A stretch of DNA of 64,000 nucleotides from Octopus sinensis (Eukaryota), in NCBI RefSeq assembly GCF_006345805.1, contig NC_042999.1, forward strand, positions 101,928,001-101,992,000, in the 5' to 3' direction. Made by a program: the position numbers and the translations under genes. Shown in pieces: positions 37,331 to 47,375 of this stretch. Numbering within the stretch: position 1 is the first letter of the stretch; every line of letters starts with the position of its first letter. The notes beneath the pieces were generated by a model, which was not told where the DNA came from, did no database searches, and worked only from the letters and a program-made list of their open reading frames with translations.

Positions 37331-37905
37331 CCAACAGTACAAAAAGCAAAATATAAAATATATAAATGCTGAAAAACCATGTGGTTTAAACAATTTCACA
37401 GTATTTTTACTTGAATAAAAGCAGGAAAGGCTTCATCTTGCATTATCTGAAAGCTATGAGAATTCAATAACATGATTTTATTTTTTTAGTGATTTCATAG
37501 AGCAGTTGGATATGGCTGGTTTAAACAAATAAAGGGGAATTATTTTTGGTCAGTTTGAACACTAAAGGATTAAACATCTGCTCACTTTGGTTCTTTAGCT
37601 TTTTACTAGTTTAAACTTGACAATTTTGCAACAAGTTTTTGTTTTCTCATTTTGTTGTCTCATTTAGGGAGGGGAATATACCTAAATTAATTTTTTACTA
37701 TCAATAATGAAATGGGTAAAGTTTGGTGAAGAAGGAGCTTGTACATGGTTTCTTGACCTGTTAGAAATAGAAGTCAAAAGCATTATAAAATCACACTACC
37801 CCCCCCTCTCCTCTTTTGTCTCTAATGAATAGGATGACCATATTGGAGAACGTTAATTTGAGATGAACTTTCTGAAAAGACAAGATGGTCTTGCTCAGGT
37901 TGCCT

Positions 37906-38098
37906 TTAACCCTTTAGCATTTAAACCGGCCATATCCAGCCGAAATATTCAATTTGCTTTATGTTGAGACTGGCCAAATCTGGCCCCTCACACCTATCCT
38001 ACAATGTTATTCTAAAAATAAACTGCCATGTCATCAGAATCTTGAAGCTACGAGATAATGCATGATTAATTCAAAACAATCTGAATGCTAAGGGTTAA
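37906..38098 (+). mobile_element. piggyBac-type MITE, family 1
   Basis: TTAA-CCCTTTAGCATTTAAACCGGCC...GCTAAGGG-TTAA. Confidence 0.85.
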
Positions 38099-40300
38099 GC
38101 ATAAATATAGGTCTATTTATCTAGGCTCCACCTGGTGTTAAAAAACAGATAACCAAAGTAATTATTTTAAACTTTAGTTTTTGTTTGACATCTCATTGAT
38201 ATTTGATTATAGATAAAGTGTTCCACTAATTACCTTCTGATAGGGCAATACTGAAATTAGTGTTATTTCCTCACCCTTCCACAAATACTTTATGGCAGAA
38301 GCAGTAAAGTGCTGGATGAAATATTTAGTTTCATCTTGCCATTTTCTGAGTTCAAATTTTACTAGTACTGACTTTGTTATTTATCTGTCTGTTATCAGTA
38401 AAATAAAAACTACTTCTATTCATAGACTTGGACTACCACTTATATTCCTTTTCTGGACAATGTACGAAATCATATAATAAATAAATCAACAAGGAAGTTT
38501 TATTTGTCCTACTAGAAACAGGATAACAGGCATGTTGAATAATGTCATTTTTAAACACACTGTCTGAAAAAAAGAACACAGGATGGTAACAACTGGAACA
38601 CATTTAATGTTGCTGCTATTTATGAAATAGGGAAACTCTGGTATATAATTGTCACCATGCGACACAGCTGAGTTTTAATTGTGTCTAGTCTATCAAATGA
38701 AGAGCTAATAATGTTTTGTATAAAATAACCACTTCTGTGCTGTGTCCTTGACTCTTAAATCTTCCCAGTTCACCTAACTGTAAATAGGTAATGTGTATAC
38801 TGTTTGAGTATTTTGCTAGCTTGCAGTGCTAAGTTCAACCTGTGAGTGAAATTTCCAACAGACTGGAGTCCTTCTGCATAGAACACTAGTCTTTCATACA
38901 TAGCATTTGCAGTTACTCAAGTGCCTGTTCTTAATGGGCAACTGAACAGACATATACAGATGTTATAAGTACTCTGCTAAGTGAAAAAATATAATGCCTA
39001 CAATCTGTGAACTGATGATCCATCATTATCATAACCACTTATTAATTTTTTTTATAATATGAAACTATGAATTATATGAATTTGTAAATAGGAAAACATT
39101 CTTATCGATTAGACCCATTCTTAATGTAGAATTGGATGTGCTGTGACTTGATACCATACATTATAGTTTGCTAATTGTTTTAGGTGTGCATATAGTCACT
39201 AACAGACATGGACACCCTCTCTACTCTTTCACTCTTGTTCCAGCAGAACATCCAGGATGTAGCAGCTGGAGAGAGATTGTGTGTGTGTGTGTCGCACCAC
39301 AACTGGCTGATATTCGTTTTTAGCTAAGTAGACTGGAATAACATGAATTAAGTGCCTTGCTCAAGGAGACATTGAGTCACCCAGTCCAGGAATTAAAGCC
39401 ACAACCTTATGATCATGATCCCTACACTTGACCATAAGTCTTTCTAGATAAAGCAAAAATTAGCTTAAAAGGTAGACTGAACATTAAAGACATTAATGTA
39501 TCTCTGTGTGAGAGACAACTATATTGGTTGGGACATATGATACAAAGGGACAATATTGCTAAGTGCAACAGTGCTGCTAATTTAAAGGTACCCCAAGAAA
39601 GTGGTTAAGTGAATTCTATCTCCCATAGGATGCTAGACTCTGTGGATAAGATAACAATTGATTGAAACACTAGTGATTATGCTTCATGCAGGCTTACTCA
39701 ACCCATACCTTCATGATTAAATGGAATATTTAAAATGATAATTTAAGTGCATTTGTTTTATAGCTGGAATCCTGCATGAATCCTGTTCAATATCAAAGTC
39801 AGTTATACACATTTTTCATTGTTAAAAGAATAAACCTGTTAGTTACTTCATTTTTTTTTGTTTTGCAAATTTAAACATTTTGTTGTCTTATTAAGCCCTG
39901 ATTGTGCAAATGTTTTATTGAAGGCATTCTGGCTGTAACTACTTTGATTATTTGCAGACTGCATTACCTGATATGCTCTTCCTTCATTTTAAAACAGTAA
40001 GATTTTGATAGAAAGATATTTGGATGCTTTTCCTTGCAGTTTAAGCAACTGCATAGAGGCTTAGTTATTTTTTTCCACTTGGTGCCTTCCTTATCACTAA
40101 CCATTCTTCTGTAAAAGAGAAAGAAAATTGTTTATCAGGGAGGCTTATGGAAGCAGAGATCATCTCTTTGTCAAAGGAGGACAGCATATTGGTCAATAAT
40201 CCAGCTTAAGAATAAAATTTGAACTGTTCTGTGTTGTATGTGAAACAGTGGAGTAATGTCCAGTATATTAATATTATGTTTATGTTTATCTCTTTAACAG

Positions 40301-40403
40301 TTAAAGCAGGAGGCATGAGAATTGTCCAGCATAAACGACCAACAGATTCTAAGGTATCAGATACGCAACTCACTGCTGAAGAGCTGGAGCAGTATGGTGT
40401 TAG
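40301..40403 (+). CDS. DAP: DAP coding exon 2 (VKAGGMRIVQHKRPTDSKVSDTQLTAEELEQYGV + phase 2)
   Basis: Acceptor TCTCTTTAACAG|TTAAAG, donor TTAG|GTAAGA. VKAGGMRIVQ is identical to human DAP. The phase 1 start joins exon 1. Confidence 0.95.
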
Positions 40404-40441
40404 GTAAGATGATGATGATTATTATTAATGACAATAATAAA

Positions 40442-41090
40442 AAGGCGGTGAGTTGGCAGAATCATTAGCACACTGGGCAAAATGCTTAGTGGCATTTTGT
40501 CCATCTTCATGTTCTGAGTTCAAATTCCACCAAGGTCAACTTTGCCTTCCATCCTTTTGGAGTCGATGAAATAAATATCAGTTACATACTGGGGTCGGTG
40601 TAATCAACTGACACCCCTCCCCCAAAGTTTCAGGCCTTGTGCCTATAGTAGAAACAATTATTATTATTATTATTATTATATAAGGTAGCAAGCTGGCAGA
40701 ATCATTTGCATGCTGAGCAAAATGCCTAGCAGTCTTTAGTCTGTCTTTGTGTTCTGAGTTCAAATTCTACCAAGCTTGATTTTACCTTTCATCCTTTCTG
40801 GGTCAATAAAATAAGTAACAGTTGAGTACTGGCGGAGGGTCAGTGTAATTGACTTAACCCTCTTCCCCCAAATTTCAGGCCTTGTGCCTGTATAATTAAT
40901 CATTATTAAGAGCGTAATGGATACTCAGAATCATTAATGTTGGACAAAGTGCTTTGTATTTAATTTCATACTGAAGTTCAAATCTCATGTCTACTTTGTT
41001 CTTCATCCTTCTGGAGTCAGTGAAAATGCAGTATTGGAAGTGATTTAATTAATTGATCCCCATCTCCAAATTCTAGGCCTTGTGTCTATC
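40442..41090 (+). mobile_element. Three head-to-tail Nin-domain-like SINE copies
   Basis: Units start at ~40442, 40681 and 40911, each with TGGCAGAATC..GAGTTCAAAT..TTTCATCCTT..CAGGCCTTGTG, separated by (ATT)n/(CAT)n. Confidence 0.8.
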
Positions 41091-41330
41091 ATCATCATCA
41101 TCGTTTAGCGTCCGTTTTCCATGCTAGCATGGGTTGGACGGTTCTACTGGGGTCTGTGAAGCCAGAAGGCTTCATCAGGCCCAGTCAAATCTGGCAGTGT
41201 TTCTACGGCTGGATGCCCTTCCTAACGCCAACCACTCCGTGAGTGTAGTGGGTGCTTTTTACGTGCCACCTGCACAGGTGCCAGACAGAGCTGGCAAACG
41301 GCCACGAACGGATGGTGCTTTTTATGTGCC
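41088..41330 (-). mobile_element. Young RTE-tail element
   Basis: Reverse complement of 19205-19469 (CTGGATGCCCTTCCTAACGCCAACCACTCCGTGAGTGTAGTGGGTGC). Confidence 0.85.
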
Positions 41331-41796
41331 GTTAGAATCAATTATTATTAGATGGATGTTAAAATTAGTAGAGTGAGGAGCAAAATACATTGTGGTAATA
41401 CTTAACTATTGTATTTTCTAGCATACAAGTCGATGTATATAGCATAAACATATAGTGTATACATTCAAACATCATCACTGTCTTTCCAAATCTTACTACA
41501 TTTCCCATAAAATTTTTATTCCTTCAAAGTTGTTTTGGTGTCTAAATTGCCTTACCTTTTTTGGTTGTAAGCTTTGGTTTGAAAAAGTTGACTTGTATAC
41601 CGGGAAAAAAAAAATATGTTCTTTTACTTTCTTGGTCTAGTTACTGCCAAGGTCAACTTTGGCCTTTTAATCAATTCAGAATAGGTTAGCAATCATTGTA
41701 AGGGTTATATATACATCATGTGGTTATTTGTCTAGTGTTACCCAAAAGTAAGCCAACTGCTGCTCTATTTAATTTTTTTCCTTTTCTTTTCTTCAG

Positions 41797-41851
41797 TCCT
41801 AAATCTGACAAGAAAAATCAAACACTAATTGTATCGGGTGCAGTGATAAAG
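41797..41851 (+). CDS. DAP: DAP coding exon 3 (SPKSDKKNQTLIVSGAVIK, ends phase 0)
   Basis: Strong polypyrimidine acceptor CTTTTCTTTTCTTCAG|T, donor AAG|GTAATG. LIVSGAVIK aligns to human VFISGVIAR. The 55 nt restore frame. Confidence 0.9.
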
Positions 41852-41968
41852 GTAATGGTTTTTGTTGTTTTTTCTTCTTTTCCATCCTTTTTCCACATTA
41901 ACTTCATCTATTTCATGTACTGTAAGTGCTAATAAATGATTTTTGCAATGATATTGTTTCTATCACCA

Positions 41969-42152
41969 TTAACCCATTAGCATTTAGACTAGCCATAGCT
42001 GGCCAAAAATATTCTACCTGTTTATATGTTGAAATTGGCCAGCTCCAGCCTCTCACATATATCCTACAATATCATTGTAACAATAAAAAAGACATTGAAA
42101 TCTTGAAGCTACAAGATAGTGCCAATGAGTAATCTGAATGCTAAAGTGTTAA
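41969..42152 (+). mobile_element. piggyBac-type MITE, family 1 (degenerate)
   Basis: TTAA-CCCATTAGCATTTAG...GCTAAAGTG-TTAA. Confidence 0.7.
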
Positions 42153-42472
42153 AGGTATATATACTAATTAGGACAATACACTGAATTCAATTCAGTCACC
42201 TATGGTATAACCCCTTCATCATCATCATTATTTAATGTCCTCCTTCCATGCTGACATGGGCTTGATGGTTTGACAGGAGCTGGCCAGGTGGGAGCCTGTG
42301 CTATGCTCCTGAGTGTGTTTTGACATGGTTTTTACAGCTGGATGCCCTTCCTAACACCAACCACTCAGTAGAGTGAGCTGAATGCTTTTTACATGGCATT
42401 CACACAGGTGAGGTCAGTTTTGGCATGGTTCTTACAGCTGGATGTTTTTCCAAATGTCAACCACTTTACAGT

Positions 42473-42588
42473 GTGGACTGGGTGCTTTTTAAGTAACACC
42501 TGCACTGGATGGGTCACCAAGTGACTTTACAAGACAAACTTGGTGACCCCCACCAGTGCAGGTGCCAATTACAAAGTACCTAGTCAAC
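42473..42588. repeat. Long GC-rich hairpin in DAP intron 3
   Basis: CACCTGCACTGG-AT-GGGTCACCAAGT / 15-nt loop / ACTTGGTGACCC-CCA-CCAGTGCAGGTG, plus ~24-bp imperfect outer arms. Confidence 0.9.
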
Positions 42589-42665
42589 TTCAATCTATAT
42601 AGTTTTGTGGTTATTTTTCCTTTTGATCCTAATTTTTAATTTTCTATTTTTAAAAATCTGTTTAG

Positions 42666-42776
42666 GGTGATCGTGACTTTCCTGAAGTTACCAAGACATT
42701 CCATGATAAACCTCTACCTATACATGAGAAACGTCCTATGCAAACACAGCATCCAATTCAACAGCCAAGAAAGTAG
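42666..42776 (+). CDS. DAP: DAP coding exon 4 (GDRDFPEVTKTFHDKPLPIHEKRPMQTQHPIQQPRK*)
   Basis: Acceptor CTGTTTAG|GGT. GDRDFP and IQQPRK-stop match human GDKDFP...HIQQPRK. Total CDS is 324 nt = 107 aa + TAG. Confidence 0.95.
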   Translation, partial: GDRDFPEVTKTFHDKPLPIHEKRPMQTQHPIQQPRK

Positions 42777-42959
42777 AGGACTGTGAGCAGATTTGTGATG
42801 AGAAGAATCAGTCTTCAGTGCTTCCTCTGTGTGCCTCCATCCACTAAAATCTATTGATATAATCCCCCAAAATACATATCTACAGTTTTTCATATTTGAT
42901 TTCATTATTATTCTTTTACTTCCTCTTTTTTGAATTCATTATACTTTTCTCTTATAAAT

Positions 42960-43590
42960 TTTTGGCCTTGTGCCTAAGTTAGAAATTGTTTGATTATTCT
43001 ATATACTCTGAATTTAAATCCTGCCAGGGCCAACTTTACTTTTCTTCTGAATTCAAGAAAATAAGGACCAGTCAAGTATTGTGATCTATGCAATCGACTA
43101 CACCCTTCCCTTAATGTGCTAAATTAGAAATTGTTACCAGCACAATCGAGGGCAATAGGTTGACAGGGTCAGTAGAGCATTGAACAAAATGCTTTGCAGT
43201 ATTTATGTTCTGAGTTCAAATCCTGCTGAGGCCAAACTTTGCCTTTCGTCCTTCCAGAATTCATAATATAAAGTACCAGTCAAGTACTATGGTTGATGAC
43301 ATCAACTTATCGCCTCCCCTTCAAAATTGCTGGCTTTGTACCTAAATCAGAAACCATCATTAGAGTGGTAGATTGGCAGAATCATGAAACCATCAGGCAA
43401 AATGCCTCGTGGTATTTGTTCCAGCTCTTTACATTCTGAGTTCAAATCTTGCCAATGTCAGCTTTACCTTTCATTCCTGTAGGTTGACAAAATAAAGTAC
43501 CAGCTAGGTACCTGGGTTGAGGGTAATAACTAATGCCTCCACCCACCAACTTCTAAATAGCTGGCTTTGTACCTAAATCAGAAATAATAA
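42960..43590 (+). mobile_element. Head-to-tail Nin-domain-like SINE array just downstream of the DAP stop codon
   Basis: Three to four units with GAGTTCAAATC..TTTACCTTTCATTCC..AAGTACCAG..GGCTTTGTACCTAAATCAGAAA. A further copy lies at ~43770-43980. Confidence 0.75.
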
Positions 43591-45359
43591 TTATTATTAT
43601 TGTTAATGTTCTTGAGAAGAAATTAATCAAAAATTCAAATTTACTTTTAATAATTCTTTTATGTGCAGTGAGGGACATTGTTTTTTGGTTTCTATTCATT
43701 ATTCTTTTGAAAAATTTTCTTTTCATATACTTCAGTGTCTTTTATCTTTATAAAATTATTTGGTAACAAAGATCAAACTGAGTGGGGCAGAAACGGTTCA
43801 GTGCTGGAACTAAATGCTTTGTGCTATTTAGTTACGTCCCTTTACATGTGTGACCAGTTCAAATTTGTGAGAGGCAAGTTTTCTTTTTGATATGATGAGG
43901 GTCAATAAAATAAGCACCAATAGAAGCAAAGAATAAGGTGAGGGGTCAGTTCAATTGATTTCACTTCCCTACTAATTGTGTGAGAAATCATTACTACACT
44001 TACATTTTATTAATAGTTGGCAGCTCTTTATAAACACTAACCAGGTCTTCTTCAGAAAGCATTTCAATGAAGAAAGTATCTTAACAGAAGTCAACTCTAT
44101 TGATGACATATATGTGTGTGTGTATATGTACATATACATACATACACACATTGAGTGTTCTTTATTCATGATGTCACATACTGACATAAGATTGTATGTT
44201 GTACCATGTATACATGTAAACAGTATAATAACTTTTCATGTGACTTTTACCTCACAGCGTAAAGTTTATTCATTGACATGAACATTTTCGTGTTGCTGTT
44301 TGCTGGCACAGACTATCACTAGTTTCCTCAGTTTCTACTATTTCATACACACACATGTTTATTTTCCTTCAAAGAAAACCACATTGCAGTAATTGTATCC
44401 ATTATACAGGTGTAAAATTAGATCAAAATAATATTAGAGGTTAAAGTATGCCAAATATTAAAAGAACAGGAGAAAACTTTATTGTGAATTTACAGTTTCC
44501 CTAATGACAAATATTGAATTACTATTATTTTTCAATGGAAATGATTTTTTTCTAGGTAATTTAGTAAATATTTGTGAAGATTAAAGAAGACAAATTACTT
44601 GTTGGTTATTATTACATATAAACAGATACAGTCCCTATCCCCAAGGAGGCAAATTAGACAATTTTTTTTCTCCTCTGGAACCAATGAATTTCATTCTTTT
44701 CCCCTTTTTCGTTTGTTCTTTGTTGAAAGCTATTTTCATGAGTTTTTAACTTGTGGTTTTGCTATACCTTTGTAATCTAAAGAAAAGATTGTTAATTTTT
44801 TTTCGAATGGCATTTTAAAAATTGGAAAATTTTGTAAAAATAAATAATATTTGAAAAATGTCTTTCTTTTTTTGTTAATACAAAACAGTTAAGATTTCTT
44901 TTCCTGTAATAATTAGAGCCAATGATTAAAAAATAATAATTTATCAACTTATGTATTATATTGTTTTATATCTATTCTTCTAGACATGGCAGGTTAAGAA
45001 GTGTGCTTTGCAATTACATGGCTACAGATTCAGTTCTACTTCATTACATTTTGAATAAGTTTCTTCTTGTGAGTGTGATTCTCAAGATAGAATGTGTGTG
45101 GAAAGCCTGTCTTGACTACCTGTTTCTGGATAGTAGACTTAATCTGTTTAACACCACCACCTGGAATTTAGGCAACTTTGTTGCCAGTATATTTACCAGG
45201 TTCTTGGTTTGAGGATGACTCACTATCTCAACATGCTCTGTTCTCCTGTAACTATCCGTGAATCATGTTTTTGTTTTTTTGGTGGTGGGGCGTCCCCACA
45301 CTCAAACCATGTAAGGTTAGAATTAAGTCAGTAAACAAATGTTATGCGAGTGATTGCAT

Positions 45360-45830
45360 CCTGATATACAGCAGCTTAAACCCTGCTCTGCAATACCTCT
45401 GAAATATGGCAACTTCCCATCTCAGTTGATACTTTGTAAATCTCACCTTTTGGGATCAAATATTCTCAGATCTTGCCTAATAGTTTCTTACCAAGTCTGA
45501 GTTAACCATCACCGACTTGTAGATCTGTTTTACTTAATGCCCACACCATTTTTCTCACCTGCAAAAGTCTTTGCTGTCCTGCTACTTTTTCCTCTCCATT
45601 ATACTGAGGTTTTCTTGTAAATTGTATGTCCAACAAGCTACACACAAACCATTGTTCTGCAATCATCTGCAGTGCCTCTTCCTATTCATCATGTCTAGGC
45701 TGTATATACTTTTTGCTGTGTGACAGCAGAGGTAACAGTTTTGTGAATACCTGTCTATTGTTTACTGCTGTCTCCTTTTTTACTTTTGTAGTTAGGGGTG
45801 GAGTCTGTTGTCAGCTGGACAGATAGAGAC
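45360..45830 (-). mobile_element. Decayed RTE-like LINE 3' fragment (second copy 47905-48112)
   Basis: Minus strand reads FTKLLPLLSHSK and TW.ETIRQDLR-like segments. The 41-nt core ATACCTCTGAAATATGGCAACTTCCCATCTCAGTTGATACT is shared with the 47.9-kb copy. Confidence 0.55.
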
Positions 45831-46436
45831 AGAGTCATATACCATAAATAAGGGATCAATACAATAGCTATTGTAAGGATTAAATTTATTATGCAATTAA
45901 TAGTCCAGCATATTGACCCAACCACCATAAAAGTACTATAACCTGTTATGTTGAGTGATTACGTTGCTACACATTTGAATTTCAGTTTACTTCACATCCT
46001 TGTTCCTAACAATGATATATCTATCATCATCATTGTTATCATTTTAATATCCACTTTTCTATGTTTGCACAGGTCAGAGGATATCTTTGTTGAGGCAGAT
46101 TTTTCTATATCTCCAGCTGTTTCTAAGCAACATAATATTTTCTCTAATTTGATGAACAACAGGCCCCGATATGCTTTCATGGAGAATTATTAACAAATTA
46201 CACCATTTGTATGAATGGTAATTTTTTGCTTAGAACCAGTGCCTACATGTCAAGGGACATGCACACACACATACACAGGTGCTTGGCTTCTTTCAGTTTT
46301 CATCTTCTGAATTTCACCTACGAAGCATTGATCAACATGTGGCTATTACAGAAGACACACTGACACCAAGCAACAACGTCAACACAGTGAAAATAAACTT
46401 TCTATCACATTCCAAAGTTAACATTTTAACTCCAGG

Positions 46437-46471
<35 letters not shown>

Positions 46472-46519
46472 AACATCTGTATTCCATGCTGGTATGGGTT
46501 GGACAGTTAGCTAGCTAGA

Positions 46520-47375
46520 GGATTGCATCGAGTTCTAATGTCTGCTTTAGAAGTAAAAGGCAGGTTGTATGATGCCTGTGTGAAAACAGCCATGCTAAAC
46601 AGCAGTGAAACATGGGCTGTGACTGCTGAGGACATTTGTAGGCTTGGAGGAAATGAAGTTAGTATCCTTCACTATATGTGTAATGTCTGTGTTCATGCAC
46701 AATGGCATAAGTGTTTTGGGACAAAAGTTGAGCATAAGAGGCATCATGTGATGTGCAAGAGAGATGACTGCACTGATATGGTCATATGTGTATGGATGAG
46801 GACAGCTGTGTGAAGAAGTACCAATCTCTAACTGTGGAAGACATGGGGACGAGGTGATGTTTGGCCTTATAGAGGCAATGACAAGTGACCGAAACCATTG
46901 GCGATATGCTGTGCTTGAGAAGACCCGTCAAACCAAGTGAAATCATAGTTGTGGCTGATGCCAGTGTCATAACTGGCATGTAAAAAGCACCCTTCAAATG
47001 TTGGGTAATATGCCGTGCCTGAGAAGACCCATTAGATCAATTGAAATCATACTTGTGGCTGATGCCAGTGTCACATAACTAACATGTAAAAAACACTTTG
47101 AACGTTGGGCATCATGGAGGCAGTGACAAGTGACTGAGACCTTGGGCAATATACCGTGCTTGAGAAAACCTATCAAGCCAAATGAGATTGTAGCAGTGGC
47201 TGATACCAGCATTACATAACTGGTATGTAAAAAGCACCCACTACACTCTTGGAGTGGATGGTGTTAGGAAGGGCATCCAGCTGTAGAAATCATGCCAAAT
47301 TTGATTGGAACCTAGTGCAGCTTACCAGTTTTCAGTCAAACCACCCAGCCCATGCCATCATTAAATGATGATGAT
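46520..47375 (+). mobile_element. RTE LINE 3' end with triplicated ~110-bp 3' units and (GAT)n tail
   Basis: VKGRLYDACVKTAMLNSSETWAVTAED; the unit GTGCTTGAGAAGACC..GTGGCTGATGCCAGTGTCA..GTAAAAAGCAC occurs three times. Confidence 0.85.

Noticed and set aside
40348-40360. Internal alternative donor AAG|GTATCA in DAP exon 2
   Set aside because: A weak donor whose use would change phase and lose the conserved C-terminus; no evidence of use.
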